DNA from: Phaeosaccion multiseriatum
Lineage: Eukaryota > Protista > Ochrophyta, other classes
Direction: 5' to 3'
NCBI GenBank assembly: GCA_965112735.1
Contig: OZ218950.1
Location: 5,394,001-5,458,000 of the forward strand
Length of the DNA stretch: 64,000 nt
Shown: positions 27,101-39,752 of the stretch, piece after piece
Layout: each line of letters opens with the position of its first letter
Numbering within the stretch: position 1 is the stretch's first letter
Program-made: the position numbers and the translations under genes
Notes under the pieces: generated by a model
Told to the model about the DNA's origin: nothing
The model's input: the letters and a program-made list of their open reading frames with translations, nothing else
The model's database searches: none

Positions 27101-30100
27101 GAAGCGAGGGAAGCGAGACCTTTTCTGCTCGAGGTACCCCTCCAGACTCTTCTGGCACTTCTCCAACTCGGAGAATAGCAGCGGCAAAGTGCTGCAGAGC
27201 AGGTCGTTGGTGCAGCACGCCACCACTTGAGCGGTGTCCTCTGCCTTGGCCATGATCTTAGTGAAGTCCTTATCGATCTTGGCAAACTTCTTGGCCTCCA
27301 TTGGCATTTGCTTCGCAATGTCTCCCCCCATGAACACGCTCTCCAGGCTGGTCCACAGCATCTGCACCTTGGCCCAGAGCTCCAGCGTGTCCGTCGTGTT
27401 GCACAGCTCGCTCAGTTTGCCCTGCACGGCATCTCGGAAGGGCGTCACATGGCGCATGCTGAGGAGCGTCTGCAGCTGGAGCTGCGCCTCCTCGAGCTCC
27501 TCAATGACCGTGCCATAGCCCTTCAGCACGGGCACCCCGCGACCTTTCCATATGCTAAACTCGAAGGTCCCATTGTCCCAAGCCCTGGAAATGTCGGTGA
27601 GCTTGGCTTCGATTTGCAGCTGCTTGTCGGCTCCTTCGCACACCTCCTCTACGTCCTCTTTGAATTGGAGGATCGGTGAGTCGAGAATATGAGCCAAACA
27701 GAACATCTCCTTGTCGCATGGGTAGGGCGTCCCGGTTATCTCAATGACCTGTCGTTTAATTGGAAGAGGAGAGACTGAGCCGTAGGAAAGAGACTGAGAC
27801 CCCTGACCAAGAATACCTTCACACCCACCTGGTCCCAATGTCGGCCCTTGACATTCGGCTTGCAAAGCTGCTGTACGAGCGGAAGCATATCCTGGAAGTC
27901 TGTGATGCTTCGGCGCAGCTGCTGAAAGGCTTCCCACCCCCGCAGCTTGGTAGGCATGCGCCTACACCTCGCGTCGAAGCCTGCCACGGTTTCAGACATT
28001 GCTTCAAGCTCGTCCTCTACATTGCTCCACAGGACTGTGCGGTACCGCTCCATGGTGTCCAGCACGTCCATGTACAGCCCGTACAGCTGGTCCAGCAACC
28101 CCAACTGCTCGCGGCACATGAAACTCGGGTATTAGTCTTTACACTACACTTCTCTCTGTCATGCCTCCCCCATCCGTATGCATGAGCTCTCACCTCCTTT
28201 CTCGTCTTGGTAACGTCTGGATGCTGTGTCTGCTTCAGCGCAAAAAGCTCCTCCCCAGCAGCATACATTTCAATCTTGCGTTCGCGTACGCTCAGTTCGT
28301 CCTTGAAGCGTCGCAGTCGCTCCACTGCATCCAGGGGGCTGATTCCCTGTGAAGGAGCCAAAAAGTAATGCGAGCAGAGAAGGAAACACGAAGGTGTAGA
28401 GAAGGAAACGCGAACATACATAGCAAACATACACATGTGGAACGTGCCTCCTCTCACCTGGACCATGGGGCCATCTTTCTCCCAGGAAGCTCGGAAACGC
28501 CGTACGTTATCCTTCAAGTCCCTCACATCATGAATGAGCTGTCTCTTGTACTGACCCTGCACCCCTTGCAAGTCGTTTGTCACCGACTCCGCCAAGTCTA
28601 CGAGCTTACGCCAGCTTACGCGCATGACGCTCTTCTTATCCATCTCCTCCTTGTCCACCAACGCACCGGGTAAGAAGCGCTCCTATAGACAACAAACAAA
28701 GGAGAGGCCGTTATATTTCGGACCCTCTAATCCACCCCTCTCGCTAGCACGAAATACTTACCAGCATCTGATACATGTCCAAAATGGGGTTGATCTGAAA
28801 CTCGATGGAGCTCTCCTTCTCCCGGATGTCTCTCAGAACGTTCATGACGTATCGCAGAGAGTCCAAGTCATCGACAACCATGCCCAGCTTCCTGCGCTTC
28901 ACGCGAATGTAGTCCATGAGTTGCGTCATCTGCTCTCGAGCTTGGCTGTGCACCTTGTTGGAGTATTGCACCTGCAAGGTGGGGGGGGGGGACAGTTATA
29001 CTGAGTGAATGAGCGATTTGTTCTTGTTGAGTGTTGGATGTTGAGACTTTGGTTTCCCCTCCCTCCCTCCTTCCCTCCATCTCTCCTCACCCCCCCCCCC
29101 CCTCCTCCTCCTTCCCTCCTTCCCTCCCTCTGTTCGCCCCTCCCTCCCCACGACAACCAACGAACCTTCCACTGGCGCGACTCGTTCTTCAGCTGCAACT
29201 TCAAGTTGGCCGTGTTGAGGACGAGGGCCCCAATGACATGCGTAGGAGCAATGGCCTCAATCTCCTGCTCAATTCGAAGGAACTTCGTCAGCTCCGCCTC
29301 GTAGTCCACAATGGTCGGCTTTTGGGACACGAAGCGTCGGCAGGCCATGTCCTTGTCCTCTTTCCAAAGCCAATCATACACGCGAAAGTACGAGAGGTCC
29401 TCAAACACTTGCTGAGTAGTCCCGTAGAGAGCTCCCGTGAGAAGCAGAACAGTCTTGATGATCTCTGGATCCCGTCCGAGCTGGTCAAAGAGAGTATTGT
29501 GCTCGTCCTTAGCATCCCAAACGACAAGGCGTTTGCTCGCAGCCAAAACAGCCTTTGCCGCGCCATTCAGACTTCGCTGAATATCGTCGAGGCTGGGACT
29601 GAGTCTCACACTGGGGACGCTAAGCTGCACATCCACTTCAAAGAACGGGCGCTCGACGAAGAGAAACCCGGTTCCTACCCTTGCGCACGCTCTCCTCTTC
29701 ATGACGTTAAGGGTGTTCTTGGTGCAAGAGAGGACAGCTTGGTACATGAGTCCCTGGTAGTGGCCTCGAAGTTTCTCCTCCTCGCTCTCCAATGCAGCCT
29801 GCTCATCCTCGGTCACCACCTCGTCGTCCCTCGGAACTGTCATGAGGGCAATAATGTCGTCCACCGCCAATTTCGTCTCGACATTTCGCTGCACCAACCC
29901 ATCAGTAACCTGCCGAATGCGGTCCTCCTGCGCTCGAGAGAAGGCCTCTTGTGTGAGACTCTCTTCATCGGGCATATCCACCAGAATGGCGCGAGACACT
30001 GTCTTTAGGCTCTTTTCGATCCTGTTCTCGAGGACATCATTCACATTCATGACGAGCCCCTGCCATGCATTTGGGGGGGGGGGAGGGCGTATTTATTGTT

Positions 30101-32923
30101 TAGAAACAGTGCGAGGCGAATTGCATGCAACAAATCACCCTCACCTCCAATCGAGAAAGAGCCGTTTGCACTCCTGCCTTGTACGAGTCGAGGTTCATAC
30201 TCGTCCATGTCAAACCAACCCAGCCTGGCCGAAGGGCGGCCTCTACTGCGGCGATGTGTGGGCGCAAGAGCTTGGCCGTCCCTGGGAATATGAGTGATTG
30301 TACTCCCTCGTACTTGCCGAGAAAGAACCTGAGCTCATTGTAGTAGTCCTTGAAGCGCGCCTCTTGCATCAGCACCATGCGTGCACTCTCTGGCACAGCA
30401 ATGCCTCCCATTCGGCTGAGGCACTTGCTTTCCCGAATCAGCTTGAGAATCTCTGGGTCGAGATTGACGTACAGGCGGCTGGTGCGAGGATGGCGGATGA
30501 TGAGGGTGGCCTGTAAGCCTGCCCTCGCAACTTCAATGCTCCTGCACCACGCTTCGTGCCACGTGTACTCGAACGCCACCAATGTCTTGGCCAGCTGTTT
30601 GTGGTGGTTGAGCGGTGAGGGAAAGGAAGTCGCGGGGTTACGAAGAGGGTAATTGGGAGCTGTTCTCTCGAGCAAGCTACCTTGTTGTAGGACTTGATGA
30701 TGGCCCTGCTTTCCTTCGCTTGAAGAACCCCATCGCTACCCTGAAACATCTGCATGGGCTCCTCGATCCGCTGCAGCAGGTGTCGGGACCAGAGAATGCT
30801 CCCCGTCACGGGAGGAAGGTTCCGTGCGATGGGTGGGTTGTGCTTGTGCTTCTCATACGTCTCCTCCACACTACTCAACTCAAGACCATAGTTGTGGAAA
30901 ATCACCATGACCTGAGAGATTCGGGGCAAGTAGGAAGGATGGGTGGGCGTTGTGCCGTCCAAATGGGCTGCTGGCTGGCGCGCCTGTCGCCGCCCATGCT
31001 CCAGTTTCAAGCACCCTTTGCTCGCGAGCCTTACCTTACTGTCAAGCTCTGCCCGCATCGCCTCTCGATGAAGAATCCGTTGGTATTGCTGCAACAACTT
31101 GAGAGATTGTTCAATACTGGTAATGCTCTCGAAACTGCGGTTGATGAAGCCCTGCAGATGCACCTCCACCTCCATCACTTGCTGGTTGAAGTCCACGAAG
31201 TCCCTGTCGAACCTATTGCTGTGGAAGTCCAAAAGGGAGTGCCCTTTGCATCGAAAGGTGGCAATCAAGGTTTGAAAGGCCTGTAGCAGAGGCTCCGTCC
31301 CTTCGACCTTCTCGTCTCTCAGCTTATTGAACTGCTGTATGGTGCTAAAGAGGTCCATGAGCTTGATGGCTCTCCGGCTGAACAAATCCAGCTTCCCAAA
31401 AATCTGGGCCTCGGAAAAATCAAACTGGTTACCAGTAGGCATCGTGGAAAGACTGTCCTTTGTCTGCCTGTACTGTTCTTGGTAGCACTGCACGGAGCCG
31501 GAAAAATGGGGCCAGACGGGGGTGGAAGGGATGAGGGGGGAAAGAAAAAAGACGTCCACCACCGCGTGACTCACCTCGTTTAACCGCAACGTCTGCTCAA
31601 GGATGCCCAGAATCTTCAAAGGGGGCTTGTCCCAGACAGCGTCCGCGGTATCTCTGCCGTTGATCGCTAGCACACAACTCGAAATGAGCTGATTGGTGAG
31701 CTTCATAAAGAGCTTTGTCATGCGTTCAGTCGTACTAAAGTAGTGGGCAATCTTGTGAATCATCTTGATGGCGTTCAAGAGCGCGGGCAGTAGTTCGATA
31801 ATGGCGCCAATGTCGCCACTCGCCAAGGGCTCCATGAATCTCTCGAGGGTTGCGAGATACTTGACATTGTCCTTCGCCTCGTTTGCAGCCTCGGTGATGC
31901 TCATATCGATCTGCTTCCATTGCTTCACGAGAGCGAAGACACGTTTTCTGTCCACGAGGACATCCTCAGATTGTCGTGTGACCTGTTGTGGGTGTGTTGG
32001 AGATTTGAATGGAGGTGAAGGATACGTTGGCATGCCTCGCGACCCCCGGCAGGGCAACACACACCACCTACCTGCTGCAAGACACCTATGACGGTCCTGC
32101 AGGGCCGCGTCTTGAGCTGTTCAGTGATGCTCGTGAGCTGCTGCATCCTGCGTCGCCAGTAGTCAATCTCCGTGTCCGGCCCGCTGTCCGCCTTTTCGTG
32201 CTTGGCTCGGTCTGCATCCTGAAGCACCTCCTGCACCCTGTGGCACCACTCCTCGAGCAGTTGCTCGTAATGCATGATCACCGCAGGATCCTGCACATAG
32301 TCGGCCCCGCCGGACGGCTGCTCGACCACGTCCGGTTTCCGCAACTCGAGGCCGCCGCTCAAGTTGGAAATATTCTCCTGGAGGTTGGCAATGAATCCCT
32401 CCATAGACACCAGAAATTCGTGCGAGCGAGTGCGCGTTGCTCGACCCCACAGACCTGCCTCCTGGTCCTGAAGAATTGGCAGGTACACGCCCTCAAGCAG
32501 GCTCTCCAACGCCAGCAGCGGCTGCGGTATAATGCCAAAGCTCAAGGCCCCATCATCCACCTTGTGCACATCGATGGAGCATCGACACTCATCGCCCCCA
32601 GTGTGGTGCGTTTTCGTGAAGAAGACTACCCGAGCACCGGCGCCACTCGCACCTACGACCAGAGAGCTTGGATCCAAGACGAAATATGCCCGCAATGCTG
32701 CCACCACCTCCTCCGCCGCCTCCTCACCCCCCCCTGTCTCAACACTCTCCTTCTTTTCAAAAAATATTGTGCTTGGGCCCTCAGGCTGGAGGAACTCTGT
32801 CACCTTCTCGAATACTCCATCCACCAGAAATATGCACTCCGTCAAGTCCTCGTCGCAGATATCAAAGGCGCGGTCGAGCTGCTGCACCAGCTGCCGATGC
32901 CTCGGCAGAATCTGTTTCGGCAT
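15172..32923 (-). CDS. Axonemal outer-arm dynein heavy chain, gamma type (ODA2/DNAH5/DNAH8-like), multi-exon
   Basis: P-loops GPAGTGKT (AAA1), GPSGAGKS (AAA2), GGSGTAKT (AAA3, characteristic of the gamma/DNAH5 class) and GVGGSGKQ (AAA4). Also [40 protein letters not shown] and C-terminal [11 protein letters not shown]. The N-terminus resembles the algal gamma heavy chain. Confidence 0.95.
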
Positions 32924-33490
32924 CGCCCTGCCGCTCTCTCCTCGGCTTCCCCTTGTCTTGGGTCAAGATTCCTCCAGCGGACGATTCACATCACACCTGC
33001 CCCTCTTTCGCCCAGCAGCTCACAGCCCCGACAAAAAAAGAAAGAAAAAAATGTAACGGGAGATGTGGTCGGAGTTGGGGGAAAAAAGGGGCACAGCACC
33101 CCAATAAAGTCCAGATGGCACCAGACGAGTTATGTAAAATTAAAAATTATAATGGGGGAAGGGGGAAGGGAAGAAGGTTGAGAGGGGGGATATAGAGAGG
33201 GAAATTCAAGAGCTTAAAGAGCCTTTAGATTTTGAACGAAGGTGAGGCAAGGCATGGTACGAATGGAAAGCTCGTATGGGAGACGGGCGTTATACATCCA
33301 GCGGGTTGGGGAGCGGAGACACACATTATGTCGCGAATGGGGAGAATTAGGTCTGGCACTTTCTTTCGCAGCAGCGCTCGGTAGCAACAGGGGTTGCTAT
33401 TGCTCACCTGGATGGTGACGCCTCATCTATGCCTTAACCCGGCGAAAACGTTTTAATTACTTATCCACCTCGTTGTTCCCGCGCTTTCAG

Positions 33491-36400
33491 ATGAACCCCG
33501 AGCCCCGCAAGAAGCTGAACCCCAACTTGTTCCGCTTGCTGGTGTCGACCGACAACCACCTGGGTTTCTTGGAGCGGCACCCAGTGAGGGGTCATGACTC
33601 CTTCGCCGCGTTCGAAGAGATGCTTCTGCACGCCAAGAGTCAAGAGGTCGACTTTGTGCTTCTTGGGGGAGATCTCTTCCACGAGAACAAGCCCTCACGT
33701 CTCACCCTCTATCGGTATGAAAGAAGCGCCTGCGCGAACAGTATTCACGTATCTTCCGCTCATGCGTCTTCCCCTTTTCTCTGTGCTCGTCGTGTTGCTC
33801 GCCAGGACGATGGAGATTCTCCGCCGCCACTGCATGGGGGAAAAGGCGGTCAAGATTGAAGTGATTTCTGACGAGAAGATCCACTTCAGGAACGGCAAAG
33901 TGAACTACAAGGACGCGAACTACAACGTCGGACTCCCCGTTTTCAGGTAAGCTCTCGCTCACGTGGGGGTGGGAGGGGGGGGGGGAACAGAGAGTTGGGA
34001 GGTGGTTTTTTTGTGCTTACATCCCCTCCCCCCCCCCTCCTTTGAAATGCTTGTAGCATCCACGGCAACCATGATGATCCGACTCGTGAGGGGGCGGAGG
34101 GGGACTCGCTGGCTGCTTTGGATCTTCTCCATGTGACCAATCTGGTCAACTATTTCGGCAAGGGCGACAATAGCATGGATGGCGTGGTCATCAGCCCGAT
34201 CATGCTAAGAAAGGGCACAAGTCGACTTGCCCTGTACGGACTGGGAAACATGCGAGATGAGCGCCTCAATCGCCTGTGGAACAAGCTGGACAAGGACAAG
34301 AAGCAGCCGCTGGGATTGGTAAGCGATACTGGCACAAGAGAGAGAGCATGGAGACTCTCCAGATGTAACAACAAAACCCCTGAACTCGGCGCAGGTGAAA
34401 TTCATGAAGCCCAAGGACAATGGAGAGGATGAATCAGAGATCACGAAGGTGTTCGTCCTGCACCAGAATCGCGATATCACGGGGCGTGGCAACAAGAACT
34501 GCATCCGCGAGGAAATGATACCCGAATGGATGGACTTGGTGATCTGGGGTCACGAGCACGAATGCATCGTAAGTGTGTGTCTCCGTGTGTGTCTACTGCC
34601 TACTTGCCCCCCCCTCTCTACCTTCAGAAGCACACCACCCTGATAAACGCAACATGTTGTCGGCGGCGCCTTCCATAACAGATCGATCCCGTGGAGTCAT
34701 CCACCGGCGGCTATAACATCACGCAACCTGGCTCGAGTGTGGCAACTTCTTTGATAGAGGGAGAGAGTGTACAGAAGCATGTTGGATTAGTGAGGTGCCA
34801 GGGGAAGCAAGTGATTCTCAATCCCCTGCCCCTCACACACGTCCGGCTTTTCAAGATGGACTCTCTGGATTTGAGCGAGCAAGAAGGGCTCGACGACGGA
34901 GATCTTGATCCGAAAAAGGATGAGCTTGTCTCACAGGTTGGTGATATGGACACTTGTATCGCATGGCCGCTCCCCCGCCTCCTCCAATCACCCTCCCCAC
35001 CTTTGATGCAACCACCCTAAACATCTGCCCAGATTTTGGAGGACAAGGTCAACGAGATGCTGGCCGAGTTGTTGACTGACTACGAGGAGCCGGTGCAGCA
35101 CCTGGGGCAAGAGTTTGTCCTGCAGAAACCCAAGCTGGTGCGTGCTCTCTCCAACGCACCTTTTTACTTCGTAAACCTACGTAGCTTCACGGATGTGCTT
35201 TGCTGTCCCCTCTCCCCCTTCTGGCAGCCTCTCATCCGCCTTCGGGTGGAACACACGGGGTTTACTGCGCTGAACAATCAGAAGTTCGGAAGCAGCTTCG
35301 TTGGGAAAGTGGCAAACCCCTCCGACATGTTGCTCTTTCACCGACGTTCCCAGAAATCTGGGAGTCGTGTTGCGAGCTCACTCGGCGGAGGGGGGGGGGC
35401 AACGAAAATGGGGGAGTTTTTCTCTGGACCCCTCAGACCTGATCATTTGGGGGGGGACGTCAAGGTGGAAGACCTGCTCAAGGCCAATCTGGAGCAGACG
35501 GGTAGCAAGGGTCTAGCTCTGTTTGAGGACGCCAATCTGAAGGACGCTTTGGAGAAGTATGTGGTGAAGCAAGATACGTCGGCGATCGGAGACATGGTGC
35601 AAGAGCGCCTGGACTTTGTACTGGACAAGCTCAGACCAATGGCCACTGCCGACAATGCGGCGGCCGTTTCGGATGCTGTAGAGGACATTACGGCAAAGGG
35701 ACGGAAGAAGAATAAGATTGATGCTGTAGCGAGGGAGGGTCCAGCTTTGGGTGGTGTCGACGTGGGCATGGAAGACGACGACGACAAGGGGGACGACGAG
35801 GATGCAGATGAGCCCGCTTCACCTTCAGCGAGCTCTTCTTTGCGCAAAAAGCCAGCACCCAGCAGCAAAGCAAAGACCACCACCAAGAGGGGCAAGGGCA
35901 AGGGCAGGAGTAGCAGCACCATGGATGCCTTTCTGGCACCCGCCAGCAAGACGACACGCCAAGACGATGAGATTGAGATGAGCGACGGCGATGAGGAGCC
36001 CAGCAGGCCGCCGCCAAAGAAAGCAGCCAAGAGCAGCAGCACCAGCAGCACTAGCAAACGCCCAGCCTCACAGCGCAAGGGCAAGAAGAGTGCAGGGGAA
36101 GTCATTGACCTTGGGGGTGAGGACAACGAGGTGTACATGCCTGCCCCCCGATCTGGAGCAGGCTCGAAGAACGCTGAGAAGGGCGACAAGTCAGGCAAAA
36201 CGTCATCTTCAAGTCGCCGTCAAAGCTCGAGGGCCGGAAAAAACCCGTCATACACTGAGCATGGAAATGAAGATGTGGACGACCTTTCGGCGGAGGACAG
36301 TGAAGAAGAAGAGAGCATCAGCAGCAGCGGCAGCAGCAGCGACGAGGTGGTCACCAAGCGGGCGTCCAAGCGTGGCAGAAAGGCGTCGCCCCCCAGAAAG

Positions 36401-36550
36401 AAGCCGTCTCAAAGTGCACCAGCAGCCGCAGAGAGGAGGAAGCCGCGAGAAAAGGCCTCAAAACCAACGGAGGAACAGGATGATATTGTCAACCTTGACG
36501 ACGACTCAGACGACGAAGAGCCATCGGTAGCGGCCTCCTGGTGTAACTAA
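33491..36550 (+). CDS. MRE11: MRE11 double-strand-break repair nuclease, multi-exon (possible ATG micro-exon at 33412)
   Basis: Phosphoesterase motifs [42 protein letters not shown] and [10 protein letters not shown]; PLIRLRVEH and FVGKVANP; low-complexity C-terminal tail. Confidence 0.95.
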
Positions 36551-36682
36551 TCCCCCTTCTTCTTTCCTCTTCTTTTTCATAGTTTTCGGCTGCTGAAGAT
36601 TGGCCATCCTTCACCACGCCTAGTTCGCATGGCCCGCGGGACGAAGAGTCTTTCTCTCTTTCTCTTTCTGTACAAAAGGCGG

Positions 36683-37526
36683 TTAATATATGCCAAGATG
36701 GTTTTCGATGCCTGCGAACAGCCTGTGTGGAACGACAGATCGCAAAACAAAGTCGTTAGTGTACTACACCCTCATACTTTGCCGCCCCCCTCCTTCGAGC
36801 TCGTACCTTGAAATTGCAGCCGCACCGCTGAGGGGGTACTCCGAAATGCTAATCATCTCTTCGATCTCTGGAATCTCCTCCTTTGTAATATGCCCCGAAG
36901 CCATGGCTCCAATGTAGAATACGATTGGAACGTCCTCACTCATTTGAGCAGCAAAATTGTGAGGATTGTACATGGTTCCGGTCACCGACAGACCGTACAC
37001 TCTTGCTCCTGGGGGTAGATGCCGTGTCACCGGGTTCTTCACCACCTTCAATAGCGTCGCATTGCCACTGCTTGCCCGGATTTTTAACTTATGCAAGAGT
37101 TGGACTGCGAAGAAAACGCAGAGGAGAGGGAGAGGTTTGTTGGTCGGTTGGTTGGTTCACACTCGATCGGCACCCTCGTGGCCGGCACTCACCCATCAAA
37201 CCAGAGAAGCGCTTGAACGTCCGGGGAATACGAATTTGGGGATTCACTTCGACGAGTACGTTATTGGTCGAGTGGATGTACACTTGAAGTCTGCCTGCCT
37301 TGTTCAGGGGACTGTCCAGCAGGGCCAGCAGCTCTTGATGGAGAATGTCTGGACGAAGCTCGGCCGGATTCTTCCCAGACTTCTTGGTAATGAGCCCTCT
37401 ATGGTCGTCGCAGTTCAGCAGCTGGAAGTCCCCTCTCTTCGTCTTGACCGTCTCGAGCGACGCGTTCTTCAGAACCACCACCACTCGTTTGCCCTTGCTC
37501 TTCTCCTCAAGAGTAGCTTTAGACAT
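36683..37526 (-). CDS. EMG1: EMG1/NEP1 18S rRNA pseudouridine N1-methyltransferase
   Basis: [58 protein letters not shown] and ISEYPLSG; last exon [12 protein letters not shown] ends at 36683. Confidence 0.95.
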
Positions 37527-37696
37527 GATGAGGGCCAAGGTAATGACGATCCCCAGGTATGACGTCCTGTGTTCCTTCCCCCCCACACCAATTGAAAACA
37601 ATCCCAAATGGAAGGCGCCATACTCACAGAATTCAGCATGGAAGTTGGTGATCCAAAGCCTTAATGACATTTTTTTTTTCTCTAATTCTCTAGTCG

Positions 37697-37792
37697 ACCC
37701 CTGACGCATTATACTATCCGCTATCCGCTATCGCCGGCGCCAGCCGATCCGCTATCCGCTATCGAGAATGTGGGCGATAGTGCGTCAGGGGT
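37697..37792. mobile_element. 96-bp MITE-like inverted-repeat element
   Basis: ACCCCTGACGCATTAT (37697-37712) and ATAGTGCGTCAGGGGT (37777-37792) are 15/16 reverse-complementary, with internal (ATCCGCT) repeats. No clean target-site duplication. Confidence 0.5.
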
Positions 37793-37800
37793 ACTGTATT

Positions 37801-39600
37801 CTATTTCACGCCCAGCGTCTTCTCGTAGTCTTCAATTGACTTGAAGAGTGCTTTAAAGTTGCCCTTCCCGAATCCTCCACACCCCCCCTTCTGCTGCAAG
37901 GTGCCGTCCTCCTTCGTAACCATGCATCCGATGCGCTGGATGATTTCGAGGAAGAAAGTGGCCCGGTCTCCCACCTGATTGGTGGGTACGTCGAGAGTTT
38001 CGGTGAGTGTTGAAAGTGGGGGACGGGCAAGCATCCTGCCGACAACATGATGGACGCACGCACGCTCTTACCGGCTTGGTGAAGATTTGCAGAAGAATTC
38101 CTTGATCATCTTCGTCGGCAAGCAGGCCGTACTCCTGTTGTGGAGGTATCAGGGGATATATTAGCGCCCCATCTTGCAGCAAACCAAGCACTACCTGCGA
38201 CTATGCGCTAACCTGAATCTGTGCGAGCTGGTCTTTTGTTAGGCTGGGAATGCGGCGAGGAAGGTCACGGTAATAGCTTGCATCTGGGCCTTCCATGAAT
38301 TCCATCCCCCCTATGCCTGATGCTGCTTGCATCAAGCGCATGGTGGTGAAAATGTCGTCCGTCTTGAGGGCCAGGTGCTGCACACCTATATCGCGAAGAT
38401 CCAAGTGTGTAAGGTAAGCCAAGCAAGCACTTGCTTTTTGCGTCAAACCGCCCGTTCTTGCTCAGCAGACAGAATCTTACCAGGTCCTCGGTTTTGCTCC
38501 AAGTAGGTCTGAATCTGACTCTTCCTGGGCGTTCCGTACGTTGGCTCATTAATTGGGAGCAGCACCATCTCGTCATTGGTGGCCAGGACGATGGAGTTCA
38601 AGCCGCTATCAACCGTTCCCACATCTTCCGCGGTGAACTCCGCAAACTCATGAAACCCCGCGGCTTTGGACAGATATTCAACCGTCTCAGCCATGTCCCA
38701 TACATTCCCAACCGCATGATCAAGTCGCTGTGGCATCAAGGCAGGGGGGGAGGAGACACAAAGTGAGTCAGTCAGACTGGGGCGATACAAGGAATGACGA
38801 TCGCCCACACGCTGTACCTGAAGCCCGTAATCTTGGAAAGCAGTACTCTTTACAGCCTGAAAGTTTGGCAGGAAAGGTCCAGCGTATGCTTGGCCCTCCT
38901 GCTGACCGCCGCCATACGAGATGAATCTGAGGACCACGTCTCCGTACGCAGCCACTTCGGAGACAACCACGCTCCCCCTACCATCGGCATCCACAACTTC
39001 TGTGGGGTCCAGCACCCCGACGCCTCCGCTGCCAATGAATCTCCGAAAAGCTGTCTCGGCGCACTTCACTCTGAGTCCAATCGCCCGGACACCAAGTCCA
39101 TGCCCTCGAAAGAAATCGTGGGCAACGCTGGCGTCGAAGCCGGGCATGGATTTCGAAGCACCGTCATCCCCTTGCGAAGCTGGGTCGTCCGCAGCAGCCA
39201 CACCATACGGAGCTGTAAAGACGAAGCAGAGGTCATTGCTCTGCACCACATGGCTGGCATGCAGAGTATTCCCCGTAGACATGTCAGAGCGGGCCACCAG
39301 CGGCATGCCCAGGCCGACCATGAACCGGCGCGCCGTGTTGGACGCGTCCCCGCAATACAGCTCTATACTGTGAAAGCCCAGCACCTCAAATCGGTCCGAC
39401 AAAGGAGCTGCTGCCTTTGTGCCCGACTTCGTACTCGCCTCCACGACCTCCTGTGCAGCGGACAACGCGCGCAGCTCCATGCACGGCCCTTGCCCTCGGG
39501 AGCCATATCCTCGGGGCACCGGGCATGGCGAAAAGAAGCAAGTGGTGAACGAGGGGATACAGAGCAAGAAGAGAAGCCGCTCCCGCGTCATCAGTCCCAT
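37801..39600 (-). CDS. HPPD: 4-hydroxyphenylpyruvate dioxygenase (plant/algal type) with a putative bipartite targeting peptide
   Basis: RLDHAVGNV, FHEFAEFTAEDVGTVDSGLNS, KSQIQTYLE, GVQHLAL, GILLQIFTKP, FLEIIQRIGC and GGCGGFGKGNFKALF. Confidence 0.95.
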
Positions 39601-39752
39601 TTTGGGAGGCAGTGTGAGAAATAAAGGAGGGAAAAATGGAAAAACGAACTGAAACTCACACCTGTGCCTGCTTTTAAAGTGACTGTCCGCTCTTTCTCTC
39701 TCCCCCTCTCTCTCTCCCTCTCCCCGTCGCGCCGCACCTGTCTCTTTACTCC

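Noticed and set aside
32009-33181. Long antisense ORFs overlapping dynein, ATR and other genes
   Set aside because: Shadow ORFs from GC-rich codon usage, with no recognisable domains.
33382-33399. RFX X-box upstream of dynein (TAGCAAC-AGGG-GTTGCTA)
   Set aside because: The half-sites are in the opposite orientation to an X-box, and RFX is not expected in this lineage; it is just a short palindrome.
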